A stretch of 64,000 bases of DNA from Gammaproteobacteria bacterium (GTDB lineage: Bacteria; Pseudomonadota; Gammaproteobacteria; SZUA-152): assembly GCA_050116575.1 (NCBI GenBank), contig JASFOJ010000005.1:506-64505 (forward strand). Reading direction: 5' to 3'. Shown here piece by piece: positions 30,123 through 41,394 of this stretch. The stretch's first letter is position 1. Every line of letters starts with the position of its first letter. The notes below the pieces were generated by a model. That model had not been told where the DNA came from. It ran no database searches and worked only from the letters and a program-made list of their open reading frames with translations. The position numbers were made by a program, and so were the translations under genes.

Positions 30123-30572
30123 ATGAAACACGACAATAAATCGACCCTGTTTGATCAGGTGGGGGGATTACCGGTTCTGCAGCAGGTGCATCGGATTTTT
30201 TACGATAAAATTTATGCCCATCCCTGGTTAAAACATTTCTTTGCCGGCCACGACCAGCAGGCGATCGAGGCCCGCCAGAGCGCGTTTATGGCGGTGAAAA
30301 TGGGAGGAAAAGTTACTTATTGGGGTAAACAGCCTAAAATGGCGCACCGGCATTTGTATATCACCGAAGAGCAATTCGACATACGCCATGAATTATTAAG
30401 GCAATCATTGATGGAGGCCGGTGTTTCGCTCCCGCTGGCACAACGGTGGTTGCGGATTGATGCCGCGTTTAAACGGCAAATCGTGAAGGAGTCTATTGCG
30501 TCCTTTTACCGCCAGAGCTGGAAGTACGAACGCCGGGTGATTGTGCCAAAATCACGGGCCGCGACTCATTGA
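30123..30572 (+). CDS. Group I truncated (2/2) haemoglobin
   Basis: TLFDQVGG, FYDKI..HPWL.HFF, Q..F....MGG...Y.G, AH.HL.IT.EQFD. Confidence 0.82.
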   Translation: MKHDNKSTLFDQVGGLPVLQQVHRIFYDKIYAHPWLKHFFAGHDQQAIEARQSAFMAVKMGGKVTYWGKQPKMAHRHLYITEEQFDIRHELLRQSLMEAGVSLPLAQRWLRIDAAFKRQIVKESIASFYRQSWKYERRVIVPKSRAATH

Positions 30573-30596
30573 ATCCGCCTCTTTGTCGGCAATCGG

Positions 30597-30839
30597 TTAG
30601 CCCCGGATGTTGATGTCGGGATTCATGTTTAAATTGCCGTCTTCGTCGATAGTGCCGATCGTCGTGCCGTCAGCGCCGTTGATGACCGGTAACGGCGTCG
30701 GCAGTCCTTCGCGCCGAATGAATTTCAACGACCAACCATAGCCTTCGATACTGCGAAGCGCGACCATTTGGGCGGATGTGAGCAATTTTTCGTAGCCGGG
30801 AGGGATGGCCGGCAACCCGGATCTTTTCTCAGATTCCAC
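30597..30839 (-). CDS. Small conserved hypothetical protein
   Basis: GTG start with a GAGGT SD. The L...Q..AL..IE.YGW.LKFIRR...P and DG.LN..PDI.IR pattern recalls gammaproteobacterial hypotheticals. Confidence 0.7.
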   Translation of the reverse strand: MESEKRSGLPAIPPGYEKLLTSAQMVALRSIEGYGWSLKFIRREGLPTPLPVINGADGTTIGTIDEDGNLNMNPDINIRG

Positions 30840-31213
30840 GAGGGCACCTCGATGTTTGTAAAACGATATATTCACTGTATCGTACGGTAGTGATTGGTCT
30901 TGAGAGAATGTGAAGCAGTTCGCAGTCGTTTATGCGGCAATCTGCCTGTGCCCGGAGTTCTCGGCGGACAATATAAATGGCGTTTATGATTGCGCCCGGG
31001 GTACGTTACAATGAGCGCCGTTTGCCCGGGCAGGGTAGCCCAGCGTTGACGGGGCCGGTGATGGCTCCGTGGGTATATGGGATAGGCGTATTGGGGCAGG
31101 CGTATGAGATATATCTGATACAGGTTCGCCGCCCAGTGGGCATTTGTCATCTATCCGTTGGCTCAATTGGCTCAATAATAAAAACAGGGGCAATGTCTAA
31201 TTATTTTTAGAGC

Positions 31214-31708
31214 TTGTATGTATCTATGATCAAACATTTGAAGGGTCCGATGACGTTCGTAATATCGCTAGCGGCATTTGTGGTTGTTGCGCTGATTGCG
31301 CTATCCATGGTGTCCCATTATTCCGCTAACCCCAGTGATCACGGGCTGCGCGGCGGGCACTTACAATCCTGTCCGGCGACGCCCAATTGCGTTGTCAGTG
31401 AAGAGGTCGATGGTAAAAATATAGAACCTCTTGATATTCATGGCATGGATTCAGCGACGGCGTGGAATAAACTCAAGGAAGCGGTCGTTGCCACCGGCGG
31501 CAAAATCCACGAAGACGATGGTCATTATTTGTGGGCCACTTATGCATCCACCGTGTTTCGTTTTGTGGATGATTTTGAGGCACGCCTGGATGCGGAAAAC
31601 CAGCTGATTCAGATGCGTAGCGCTTCGCGCGTCGGCCATTCGGATATGGGAGTCAACAAGGCGCGCATTAAGACGATTGCCGCCAATTTCCTTCACAATA
31701 CCCTGTGA
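31214..31708 (+). CDS. DUF1499 domain protein (start uncertain)
   Basis: L..CP.TPNCV.S, S.VF.FVDD.E, RSASRVG.SDMGVN..RI. Confidence 0.88.
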   Translation: MYVSMIKHLKGPMTFVISLAAFVVVALIALSMVSHYSANPSDHGLRGGHLQSCPATPNCVVSEEVDGKNIEPLDIHGMDSATAWNKLKEAVVATGGKIHEDDGHYLWATYASTVFRFVDDFEARLDAENQLIQMRSASRVGHSDMGVNKARIKTIAANFLHNTL

Positions 31709-31797
31709 TACAGGGGGGTGCCTTTCCTTTTGCTCAGGGTTTTTATAAGACATTCCATCCAAAGAATAACTTGACCGTCAATCCGTATCGGTCATCG

Positions 31798-32673
31798 TTA
31801 ATAAAAACGTGTTTCTCCGTCCGGCCGTGTCCTGAAGCGTTTGTAGGACCATTGATACTGCGCCGGAACCTGCCGTATGCAATGTTCCACACCCCGGTTG
31901 ATTTGCGTGGCCGCCGCAGTCAAATCGTTAGCCGGTAACGGCGTGTTTTGCGGGATGAAATGTATATGGTAACCGCCGGCGGCCAGGCGTTCAGCGTAAC
32001 CAAAAACGATGGTGGCGCCGGATTTACTGGCGAGCTTGGGCAACAGCGTCATGGTGCTGGCAGCAATGCCGCAAAAGGGGGCAAACACGCTGCCTTCCCG
32101 TCCCGGGTCCTGATCCGGAAGAATGGCGACCAGTTCGTTGTTGGCCAGCGCTTTGTACAGGGCGCGGATACCGCTGGCATTGGTGGGTACCAGTTTGGCG
32201 CCGAATCGTTCTCTCGCCCGCTTGATGAAAGGATTTAACGGTTCCAGGCGCAACGGCCGAAACAGCGATGTCATGGGGTATTTACGGGAACAGTACACCC
32301 CCATCATTTCCCAGGCGCCCAGATGCGGTAACGCCAGGATAACCCCTTTGCCGTTGGCAAAGCCCTGTTCCAGCGCCGTTTCCCCGCTGACCCGTTTAAT
32401 GCACTTGAGCAACCGCTCGTCATCCCATAGCCAGAGGGCGCCGGATTCGGTCAGCGTGTGTCCCAACTCAACGAAACTTTGGCGATACAGCCTCCTGCGT
32501 TGTCGGGGAGGAAGATCTGGAAAGCAAAGATCAATGTTGGTTTTCAACGGCCGTTGCAGGGTATTCGGCACCAGGTAAGCTGCCAGGCCGATAGCCGTGC
32601 CCACGTCCTGCGCCAGGCGAAGTGGCAACCAGGACAGGAAGCGGAGTAACAGTTTGGCAATAGTGGCCCGCAT
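31798..32673 (-). CDS. Lipid A biosynthesis lauroyl/acyltransferase (LpxL/HtrB family)
   Basis: PHLGAWE, ILPDQDP, P.QYQW.YKRF. Confidence 0.88.
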   Translation of the reverse strand: MRATIAKLLLRFLSWLPLRLAQDVGTAIGLAAYLVPNTLQRPLKTNIDLCFPDLPPRQRRRLYRQSFVELGHTLTESGALWLWDDERLLKCIKRVSGETALEQGFANGKGVILALPHLGAWEMMGVYCSRKYPMTSLFRPLRLEPLNPFIKRARERFGAKLVPTNASGIRALYKALANNELVAILPDQDPGREGSVFAPFCGIAASTMTLLPKLASKSGATIVFGYAERLAAGGYHIHFIPQNTPLPANDLTAAATQINRGVEHCIRQVPAQYQWSYKRFRTRPDGETRFY

Positions 32674-32799
32674 GAATTACCGAATTCGTCGTCTGGATTG
32701 TTGGTATTGTTGTCAAAACAACCGCGCAGTATCGCCAATTATAAATGCTTCCACAAGCGCAAGGGGGGTTATAACAGGTTTTATGTTGCCAGCGCGGCG

Positions 32800-33591
32800 C
32801 TATTTTACTTTAGCGTCCGAAGCACGGACGTAGTATTCCTGGTTCAATAACGGGCGCATCGTGGTCAACAGGTTTTTGAACAGGTTTCGATTATTTTTTT
32901 CTTCCACGGCCAGCAGTTCTTTTATGTGCTGGCGCTGGGTGGGCATCTGAAAACAGGCCGGGCAACTGTCCGCCACCACTGGCAGGGCGCACTCTTTAGC
33001 GTATGAAGCGGTTTGCCGTTCGCGGGTATAGAGTAACGGGCGAATGACACGCAGGTCACCCTCGTCGTTAACGTAATGGGCTTTCATGGTGCGCAACTGG
33101 CCGCCGTGAAACGCCGACATGAGAAAACTTTCCGCCAGATCATCCAGGTGTTGTCCCAATGCCAGCACGTTAAAGCCTTCGCGCCGCGCCGTGGCGTACA
33201 TAATGCCCCGTTTCATGCGGGAACAAAACGAACAATAGGACGCCTTGCCCATGTGATCCACCGCCCGCTGCATAATGGGCTGTGATTGATAAAAGAATTT
33301 GACCCCCAGGGTTTGCATATAGTCCTTCAGGTGTGACGGATCATAACCTTCCACCTGAGGATCAACGGTGATGGCGGCCACGTCAAAATCCACCGGAGCA
33401 TGGCGTTTTAAGTGGAGTAAGATGTGTAACAGGGTTAGTGAGTCCTTGCCGCCGGACACGGCGACCAGGATTTTATCCCCGGTTTGTACCATGTTGTAAT
33501 CGGCGATGGCTTTGCCCACAGGCCGCAGTAATGCCTTGGGGGGGGTAATCGTCGTGGCGTTAATTGGTTCAACCATATTTACTACAACCAT
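32800..33591 (-). CDS. ttcA: tRNA 2-thiocytidine synthase TtcA family
   Basis: PP-loop SGGKDS, CSFCSRMKRG, GQHLDD..E, CPAC. Confidence 0.85.
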   Translation of the reverse strand: MVVVNMVEPINATTITPPKALLRPVGKAIADYNMVQTGDKILVAVSGGKDSLTLLHILLHLKRHAPVDFDVAAITVDPQVEGYDPSHLKDYMQTLGVKFFYQSQPIMQRAVDHMGKASYCSFCSRMKRGIMYATARREGFNVLALGQHLDDLAESFLMSAFHGGQLRTMKAHYVNDEGDLRVIRPLLYTRERQTASYAKECALPVVADSCPACFQMPTQRQHIKELLAVEEKNNRNLFKNLLTTMRPLLNQEYYVRASDAKVK

Positions 33592-33976
33592 ATTGACTAT
33601 ATGCTACATTTGCGACTGCTGCGGTTTTCTGCTGTACACTGTTGCTTGGTCGCTTGAGCGTCTTGCTCGGTGCCGTAATGAAAGCTCTCGTGCAACAGGC
33701 GGGCGGAGTCACAGCATCAATTAATCAAGTGTATCGCGGGAATCGCCACGATTGCGAATTTTTACCACGGAATTACAATATGCGAATAAATGATAACTAT
33801 ATTTGGCGGTGGCTAACCGCGACCGGTATGCTGCCGGCCCGCTGAAACCGATCGCGACGCGGGCATCGCCATGCAACAATACACGGTATTGTTTGTCACT
33901 ATAACGGACTGCACGAAAATACACAGCGCGACGTCGCTGTGACCATTGCACGGACATTAGATAAAGGAAAATCGCT

Positions 33977-34405
33977 ATGCCGGAAACCCAGGTAAAAACC
34001 TTGTTACCCAAGGAAGCCTACGAATTAATTCAAGATAACCCCAGTGCCACCATGATCGACGTGCGCTCAGGGATGGAATTTTTATTTGTGGGCCATCCCG
34101 TGGGTGCGATTCATATTCCGTGGATTGATGAGCCGGACTGGGTGGTGAACCCCAATTTCATCAAGCAGGTGCGCCAGGTGATGCTGGGAGGCTTGACCTG
34201 CGACGATGTCGACGGTTGTGCGCCGGTGGTACTGATATGCCGTTCCGGTAAACGGTCCCACGAAGCGGGCACGCTGCTGGTTAAAGACGGCTTTCCGGAC
34301 GTGTATAATGTCCTGGAGGGATTTGAGGGACCGCTGGACGAAAAACATCACCGCAGCGCCGTCGGTGGCTGGCGTTTTCATGGATTACCCTGGGAACAAT
34401 GCTAA
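33977..34405 (+). CDS. Single-domain rhodanese
   Basis: DVRS..E...VGHP.GA, active site ICRSGKRS, EGFEG, GW...GLPW. Confidence 0.9.
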   Translation: MPETQVKTLLPKEAYELIQDNPSATMIDVRSGMEFLFVGHPVGAIHIPWIDEPDWVVNPNFIKQVRQVMLGGLTCDDVDGCAPVVLICRSGKRSHEAGTLLVKDGFPDVYNVLEGFEGPLDEKHHRSAVGGWRFHGLPWEQC

Positions 34406-34632
34406 AATAAACAATGTTGAAATAATCGTTATATTCATCAAGTTGACCACCTGCTGTCATCATCGCTTAACTTTCTGATTATCAAAAACAATTTTAGATT
34501 TTGGCCGGCTTCCAGGCGGTTAACTGGCTCCCAATAAGCCAATTTTACCGATTCCGTGTTAGAATAGTCGGCTTTTCCCTGCGGACCCTATTATCTATTG
34601 TTCAAACCCAAAACGGGTCGAAAAGGATTAAT

Positions 34633-37600
34633 ATGACTAGTATCGAAAATCTGCTGAAACAACGCATACTTGTTCTCGATGGCGCCATGGGCACCATGAT
34701 CCAGGGCTACAAACTGGAAGAACAGGATTATCGTGGCGAGCAATTCAAAGACCATGGTTCGGACTTAAAAGGCAATAACGACCTGTTGTCCATTACCCAG
34801 CCGGCGATTATCAAGGAAATTCATATCGCGTACCTCAATGCCGGCGCTGATATTATCGAAACCAACACGTTTAATTCCACCTCCATCGCCCAGGCGGATT
34901 ACGCGCTGGAACACGCGGTCTATGATCTGAATTATCAATCGGCCAAGGTGGCCAAAGAAGCGGCCACCGAAATCGCCGAGAAAACCGGCAAACCGCGTTT
35001 CGTGGCCGGCGTACTGGGCCCCACGAACCGTACCGCGTCTATTTCGCCGGACGTGAATAATCCCGGCTTTCGCAATATTGATTTTGACACCCTGGTCAAA
35101 TCCTATCAGGAAGCAATCCATGGCCTGGTGCAGGGTGGCGCCGATCTGTTGCTGATCGAAACCATCTTCGACACCCTCAACGCCAAGGCAGCGGTGTTTG
35201 CCATTGAGTCGTATTTCGAGGAACACAATGTCCGCCTGCCGATCATGATTTCCGGGACCATTACCGATGCCAGTGGCCGTACCCTTTCCGGCCAGGTGAC
35301 GGAAGCGTTCTGGAACTCCCTGCGCCATGCCAAGCCGGTGAGCTTTGGCTTGAACTGCGCGCTGGGTCCCAAGGAGTTGCGCCAGTACGTGGAAGAATTG
35401 TCGGGTGTTGCCGATTGTTTTGTCAGCGCCCATCCCAACGCCGGACTGCCCAACGCCTTTGGTGAATACGATGAGTCACCGGAATCCATGGCGGCGCATA
35501 TTCACGAGTGGGCGCAAAGCGGTTTCCTCAACATCGTGGGCGGTTGTTGCGGCACGACGCCGGACCATATCGAAGCCATTGCCCATGCCGTTGCCGATGT
35601 GGCACCGCGCAATATTCCGCAACTGGAACATAAGTGCCGGTTAAGCGGGCTGGAGCCGTTGAAGATCGGCGAAGATTCCCTGTTCGTCAACGTGGGTGAG
35701 CGCACCAACGTGACGGGTTCAGCGCGGTTCAAGCGCCTGATTCTGGACGACGATTATGATACGGCCCTGGAAGTGGCCGCCGAGCAGGTGGAAAACGGCG
35801 CCCAGGTGATTGACATCAACATGGACGAAGCCATGCTGGACGGTGAAGAAGCCATGATTACGTTTCTGAACCTGGCGGCTTCGGACCCGGATATTTCCCG
35901 TGTCCCGGTGATGCTCGACTCCTCCAAGTGGTCCATTATCGAGGCGGGTCTAAAGCGCATCCAGGGTAAAGGCATCGTAAACTCCATCAGCCTTAAGGAA
36001 GGGGAAGAGAAATTTTTCGAACAGGCCCGGCTGGTGAAAAAATACGGCGCGGCCGTGGTGGTGATGGCGTTTGACGAACAGGGCCAGGCAGACACCATGG
36101 AGCGCAAGACGGAAATCTGCGCCCGCTCGTACAAACTGCTGACGGAAAATGTCGGTCTTGCCCCCGAAGATATTATCTTCGACCCCAACATATTTGCCGT
36201 GGCCACGGGTATCGAAGAACACAACAACTACGCCGTGGATTTTATTGAAGCCACGCGCACCATTAAGCAGACGCTGCCCTATGCCAAGGTCTCCGGCGGT
36301 GTATCCAATGTGTCGTTTTCGTTCCGGGGCAATAATCCGGTGCGGGAAGCCATCCACGCGGTGTTTTTGTACCACGCCATCAAGGCGGGCATGGACATGG
36401 GTATCGTCAATGCCGGTCAGCTGGCCGTGTACGAGGAAATTCCCGAAGAGCTGCGCGAGTGTGTTGAAGATGTGATTCTCAACCGCCGCGATGACGCCAC
36501 TGAACGCCTGCTGGATATCGCGGAAAAATACAAGGGTGAAGGCGGCGTGCAGGCCAAGGAAAAAGACCTTAGCTGGCGCGAAAAACCCGTTGCCGACCGG
36601 CTGGCTCATGCCTTGGTAAAAGGTATCGACCAATATGTGGTCGAAGATACCGAGGAAGCCCGCCAGCAATTTGACCGTCCCATCCATGTCATTGAAGGGC
36701 CGTTAATGGATGGTATGAATATCGTGGGTGACCTGTTCGGCGAAGGCAAAATGTTTTTGCCGCAAGTGGTGAAAAGCGCCCGCGTCATGAAGAAAGCGGT
36801 GGCGCATCTGATTCCCTATATCGAAGCGGAAAAGAAAGAAGGCGATCGTGCCAAGGGAAAAGTATTGATGGCGACGGTTAAGGGCGACGTGCACGACATC
36901 GGCAAGAATATCGTGGGTGTGGTATTACAGTGTAACAACTTTGAAGTCATCGACCTTGGGGTTATGGTGCCCACCAGCAAGATCCTGGAAACGGCTCAAC
37001 AGGAAGATGTGGACGTTATCGGCCTGTCCGGATTGATTACGCCGTCGTTGGAAGAAATGGCCCATGTGGCCAAGGAAATGCAGCGCCAGGGTTTCAAGAT
37101 TCCATTGTTGATTGGCGGGGCGACCACCTCGCGCGCGCATACTGCGGTAAAAATCGAACCCAACTACGAGGAGCCGGTGGTATGGGTCAAGGATGCCTCG
37201 CGGGCCGTGGGCGTGGTACAGAACCTGGTGAGCGAAGATCTCAAGGCGGCATACGTTGATAAAATCAACGCCGAATACGAGCAGGTCCGTGAAAGTCACG
37301 CCAACCGCCGTTCCAAGACCAGTTGGCTCAGTTATAAAAAGGCCTGCGAAAACAAGTTTACTGATGACTGGGACAACTATGTACCACCGGTTCCCAATAA
37401 AGAGGGCGTGCAGGTTTTCGATCAATTTCCCCTGGAGGAAATCGCCAAATACATCGACTGGACACCATTTTTCCATACCTGGGAGATCAAGGGCAGCTAT
37501 CCCAAGGTGCTGGATGATCCGGACAAGGGCACCGAAGCCAAGAAACTCTTCGATGACGCCCAAACCATGCTGGCGACGATCATCAAGGAAAAGTGGCTGA

Positions 37601-38307
37601 CCGCAAGAGCGGTGATCGGGCTGTTTCCCGCCAACAGTGTGAATGACGATGATATCGAGGTTTATACCAGCGAAGAGCGCAGCGAGGTGCTGAACGTATT
37701 GCACCACCTGCGCCAGCAACAGCAAAAACCCGATAACAAACCCAACTTCAGCCTGGCGGATTTTGTTGCGCCCAAGTCCAGTGGTTTGCGAGACTACATC
37801 GGTGCCTTTGCCGTGACCGCGGGAATCGGTATCGAAGAACACGTCAAACGCTACGAACAGCAGCACGATGATTACAATGCGATAATGGTGAAAGCGCTGG
37901 CGGACCGGTTGGCCGAAGCGTTTGCCGAATTGATGCATAAGAAAGTGCGCACGGAAATCTGGGCTTATTCGGAAAATGAATCACTGGACAACGATGATCT
38001 GATCCGCGAAAAATACCGCGGCATCCGGCCGGCGCCGGGTTATCCTGCCTGCCCGGATCATACGGAAAAACCGCTGTTATGGGAGCTGCTGGACGTGGAA
38101 AAAAATACCGGCATCTCGTTAACAGAGAGTCACGCCATGTACCCGGCTGCTTCCGTTTCCGGGTTTTACTTCGCCCACCCGGAGTCCCGTTATTTTGCGG
38201 TAGGCAAAATCAATAAGGACCAGGTGGAAGCTTACGCCAAACGTAAAAACATGAGTTTGGAAGAAGCGGAACGTTGGCTGGCGCCCAATTTAGGGTATGA
38301 TGCGTAA
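34633..38307 (+). CDS. metH: Cobalamin-dependent methionine synthase
   Basis: [52 protein letters not shown]; ATG at 34633. Confidence 0.97.
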   Translation: MTSIENLLKQRILVLDGAMGTMIQGYKLEEQDYRGEQFKDHGSDLKGNNDLLSITQPAIIKEIHIAYLNAGADIIETNTFNSTSIAQADYALEHAVYDLNYQSAKVAKEAATEIAEKTGKPRFVAGVLGPTNRTASISPDVNNPGFRNIDFDTLVKSYQEAIHGLVQGGADLLLIETIFDTLNAKAAVFAIESYFEEHNVRLPIMISGTITDASGRTLSGQVTEAFWNSLRHAKPVSFGLNCALGPKELRQYVEELSGVADCFVSAHPNAGLPNAFGEYDESPESMAAHIHEWAQSGFLNIVGGCCGTTPDHIEAIAHAVADVAPRNIPQLEHKCRLSGLEPLKIGEDSLFVNVGERTNVTGSARFKRLILDDDYDTALEVAAEQVENGAQVIDINMDEAMLDGEEAMITFLNLAASDPDISRVPVMLDSSKWSIIEAGLKRIQGKGIVNSISLKEGEEKFFEQARLVKKYGAAVVVMAFDEQGQADTMERKTEICARSYKLLTENVGLAPEDIIFDPNIFAVATGIEEHNNYAVDFIEATRTIKQTLPYAKVSGGVSNVSFSFRGNNPVREAIHAVFLYHAIKAGMDMGIVNAGQLAVYEEIPEELRECVEDVILNRRDDATERLLDIAEKYKGEGGVQAKEKDLSWREKPVADRLAHALVKGIDQYVVEDTEEARQQFDRPIHVIEGPLMDGMNIVGDLFGEGKMFLPQVVKSARVMKKAVAHLIPYIEAEKKEGDRAKGKVLMATVKGDVHDIGKNIVGVVLQCNNFEVIDLGVMVPTSKILETAQQEDVDVIGLSGLITPSLEEMAHVAKEMQRQGFKIPLLIGGATTSRAHTAVKIEPNYEEPVVWVKDASRAVGVVQNLVSEDLKAAYVDKINAEYEQVRESHANRRSKTSWLSYKKACENKFTDDWDNYVPPVPNKEGVQVFDQFPLEEIAKYIDWTPFFHTWEIKGSYPKVLDDPDKGTEAKKLFDDAQTMLATIIKEKWLTARAVIGLFPANSVNDDDIEVYTSEERSEVLNVLHHLRQQQQKPDNKPNFSLADFVAPKSSGLRDYIGAFAVTAGIGIEEHVKRYEQQHDDYNAIMVKALADRLAEAFAELMHKKVRTEIWAYSENESLDNDDLIREKYRGIRPAPGYPACPDHTEKPLLWELLDVEKNTGISLTESHAMYPAASVSGFYFAHPESRYFAVGKINKDQVEAYAKRKNMSLEEAERWLAPNLGYDA

Positions 38308-38389
38308 ATCGGACAGTAACGGAGAACATAGGTTGCGGGGATGATCCCGGCGCCGGCGAATCCTGCCGGTGATTTGCAGGTAATCAATC

Positions 38390-39451
38390 ATGCACAGTAC
38401 AACAGAAGACTTACGCATCAAGGCCATTAACGAGGTCATCACGCCGGAAGAACTGCATGACGAAAGTCCCATCACGGACCGGGCAGCGGCAGCGGTTTCC
38501 GAGACGCGCGCGGCGATTCATCGTTTGCTCCATGGCGAGGATGACCGGTTGCTGGTGGTGACCGGGCCGTGTTCCATTCACGATCCAGTGGCGGCGGTGG
38601 ATTATGCGCGCCACCTGGTACAGGCCAGGGAGCAATTCAGCGGCGAGCTGCTGTTGGTGATGCGGGTTTATTTCGAAAAGCCGCGTACCACGGTGGGCTG
38701 GAAAGGTTTGATTAACGATCCCAACCTGGACGACAGTTACGAAATCAACAAGGGATTGCGGCTGGCGCGCCAGCTGTTGATTGACATTAATGACCTGGGT
38801 GTACCTGCCGGTACCGAATTTCTGGATCTGATCACCCCCCAATATGTTGCTGACCTGGTCAGTTGGGGCGCCATCGGCGCACGGACCACCGAAAGCCAGG
38901 TGCATCGCGAACTGGCATCGGGCCTGTCCTGCCCCGTGGGATTTAAAAACGGCACCGACGGCACCCTGAAAATCGCCATCGATGCGGTGCGCGCCGCCAT
39001 GCGTCCGCATTGTTTCCTGTCCATGACCAAGGCCGGTCACTCCGCTATTTTCAGTACCACCGGTAACCAGGACAGTCACATTATTCTGCGTGGTGGTAAA
39101 CAACCTAATTATGATGCTGCCAGCGTGAAAGAAGCAACGGATACGCTGCTCAACGCAGAGGTTAATCCCCGGTTAATGATTGATTTCAGTCATGCCAATA
39201 GCCAGAAGGTCTATCAGCGCCAGGTGGGTGTTGGGGAAGATGTGGCTCAACAAGTTGCGGCAGGTAATCCCTACATTATGGGCGTCATGATCGAGAGTCA
39301 TTTGCGGGAAGGGCGTCAGGATGTTGAGCCGGGTGTGGCCCTGACCTATGGACAAAGTATTACAGATGCCTGCATCAGTTGGGAGCAAACGGTGCCGCTG
39401 CTGGAAACCCTGGCGCAGGCAGTACGTCAGCGGCGCGAAAAATCCCGTTAA
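38390..39451 (+). CDS. aroG: 3-deoxy-7-phosphoheptulonate (DAHP) synthase, class I-alpha
   Basis: GPCSIHD, KPRTTVGWKG, IGARTTESQ.HR, DFSHANS, SITDAC. The isoenzyme (aroG/F/H) cannot be resolved. Confidence 0.88.
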   Translation: MHSTTEDLRIKAINEVITPEELHDESPITDRAAAAVSETRAAIHRLLHGEDDRLLVVTGPCSIHDPVAAVDYARHLVQAREQFSGELLLVMRVYFEKPRTTVGWKGLINDPNLDDSYEINKGLRLARQLLIDINDLGVPAGTEFLDLITPQYVADLVSWGAIGARTTESQVHRELASGLSCPVGFKNGTDGTLKIAIDAVRAAMRPHCFLSMTKAGHSAIFSTTGNQDSHIILRGGKQPNYDAASVKEATDTLLNAEVNPRLMIDFSHANSQKVYQRQVGVGEDVAQQVAAGNPYIMGVMIESHLREGRQDVEPGVALTYGQSITDACISWEQTVPLLETLAQAVRQRREKSR

Positions 39452-39479
39452 TCCGCTGAGGTTAGCGGGTGATATTGCA

Positions 39480-40145
39480 TCAGCTGCATTTTTGTTTCAG
39501 GTTTTTAATTTTCTCCATTAACGAGTCGCCGTCCCATGGGCGGTAGAGCTTGTTGTTGTCCAGTTTTTCAATTTCCTCTTCGCTGAAACCGAGCAGCAGT
39601 CCAAGACGTTTAAATACCCGCTTATTGTTAATGGGGATCAGGTCTTCACGGCGCTGCGCTTGGGATACCGGTGGGTGGTGTCGCACGGCCGCCGCGGGTT
39701 TTGCCGCTGCCAATGGCTTTATTGGCTGGGCGTGCAGTTTACCGATGAGTTCCTGGTCTTCAATAACCAGTTCATCGACGGTGGGACTCCGCTCGGCCGG
39801 CTGCATCATCGTATCGACAACCGAACTTTTGACGCCGGCGTTGCCCACGGTCCCGCTTTTGATGCCGGTTTGATCCATCGCTGCGCTATTTTTGTCAACC
39901 GTGGTCCGGTAGGACGACATATTGGTTCGAAAGGTGGTGAACTCGTGCTGAGTAATGATGGACTTGGCTCGGTTGGCGTCGGCATAGTGACGCAACCAGA
40001 GTTCATACCAGGTGACCGGGGACGAGCCAAATGGCCGGCTGGTTTTCCGGGTTTCGATGACGGACGTCTGAATATTGTGATCCTGGAGCAAGGACCGAAT
40101 CGCATTCGCCTGCCCCTGATCGGGTGATCTATAGATGGGTGTCAT
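39480..40145 (-). CDS. DUF2007-like N-terminal domain protein with low-complexity linker
   Basis: IY......A..I..LL....I....and ELW....D..RA..II match the DUF2007 pattern. Confidence 0.55.
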   Translation of the reverse strand: MTPIYRSPDQGQANAIRSLLQDHNIQTSVIETRKTSRPFGSSPVTWYELWLRHYADANRAKSIITQHEFTTFRTNMSSYRTTVDKNSAAMDQTGIKSGTVGNAGVKSSVVDTMMQPAERSPTVDELVIEDQELIGKLHAQPIKPLAAAKPAAAVRHHPPVSQAQRREDLIPINNKRVFKRLGLLLGFSEEEIEKLDNNKLYRPWDGDSLMEKIKNLKQKCS

Positions 40146-40632
40146 TGTTATTCCCCCACGACAAACTCTACCTGGCCAAATAATCGCTCAAAAACGGTTT
40201 GCAGATGGCATTTAACTTTTTTATTGCAAAGTAATACTGCAAAGCTTCCGCTCACCACTTCCTGTACGTCCTGAACTCAGTATTAGGAGATTATCGTACT
40301 ACAGAGATTGTAGTGGGTGTTTTTGATGCGTCAAGCGGTGTGTTGCAATTAACGTAAATTCCTCTTGAGTCGTATCAATAATGTATCAACGCAACGACAG
40401 CGTATCCGTTTACGGACGGTGCTATTGTAGTGCAACAGGTGTGCTATAACAATCTGCCGGATAGTAAATTTGCGAAAAGCTATAAAAAATTTTATAAAGT
40501 ACCCTGAATAGGTTTATTCGTATTATTACGTTTCGTATTAATACGTAGATTTTGGCTGATGGCCGGTTCAGAAACCAAGTTGTAAATAAACAAGGATACG
40601 CTTCCAACGCTGTTGACACCCTGATTTGCATT

Positions 40633-41247
40633 ATGCCGACCCAGCAACAAATTAAGAGTTACCTGCTCGACAAGGATAGACGCTTAAAAACGGTTATTGA
40701 AAGCTGCCGTTTTCCCCGTGCCCGTAAGAACCATGATATTTACCATGGGCTGTTATCATCTATTGTGTCACAGCAATTGTCCGTTAAAGCCGCCGATACG
40801 ATCTTTAACCGGTTTCTGGATATATTTGACGACCGTTATCCCAAACCGGAGCATTTAGCCGATATGGATCCCCGGCGATTGCGAAACGCAGGCTTGTCTC
40901 GGCAAAAAGTCGCTTATATCAAAAATGTGGCGTGTTTTGCTATGCGCGATGACGGCCTGAACTATCAGCGCCTGAAAAAAATGACAGACGAAGAGCTGAT
41001 CGCGTATCTGACGCAGATTAAGGGCGTGGGCCGGTGGACCGTTGAAATGCTGCTTATGTTTGCCCTGGACCGCAGGGATGTTTTTTCCTGCGATGACCTG
41101 GGTATCCAGCAAGCTATGCGAGCGTTGTATCGGTTAAACCACGACAAGCGGGAACTGAAAAACCGCATGCTGATTATTGCGGAAAACTGGCGGCCTTATC
41201 GTACCGTGGTCTGCAAATATTTGTGGCAATGGAAGGCAATAATCTGA
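40633..41247 (+). CDS. DNA-3-methyladenine glycosylase II (HhH-GPD, AlkA-like)
   Basis: SIVSQQLS.KAA.TI, GLSRQK, L..IKGVGRWT.EM.L.F, DLG, W.PYR. Confidence 0.9.
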   Translation: MPTQQQIKSYLLDKDRRLKTVIESCRFPRARKNHDIYHGLLSSIVSQQLSVKAADTIFNRFLDIFDDRYPKPEHLADMDPRRLRNAGLSRQKVAYIKNVACFAMRDDGLNYQRLKKMTDEELIAYLTQIKGVGRWTVEMLLMFALDRRDVFSCDDLGIQQAMRALYRLNHDKRELKNRMLIIAENWRPYRTVVCKYLWQWKAII

Positions 41248-41394
41248 AAGTGGCACAGTCATGATCTGGTGACGGGTATATCGCAAATTGATATTGCCTC
41301 GCGCTCACCCATTGAGCTTTTGAATTTGCCGCGAACCCCTATTGTTACTGCAGGGCGGCGGTAACACGCAACTTGAACCGAATATGAAAAGGGA

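Noticed and set aside
34501-34632. N-terminal extension of MetH in the ORF track (likewise for ZapE, Lgt, FolA, Def and the AlkA-like protein)
   Set aside because: Artefact of longest-ORF calling; family-typical N-termini begin at downstream starts. MetH has normal length, so there is no intein.
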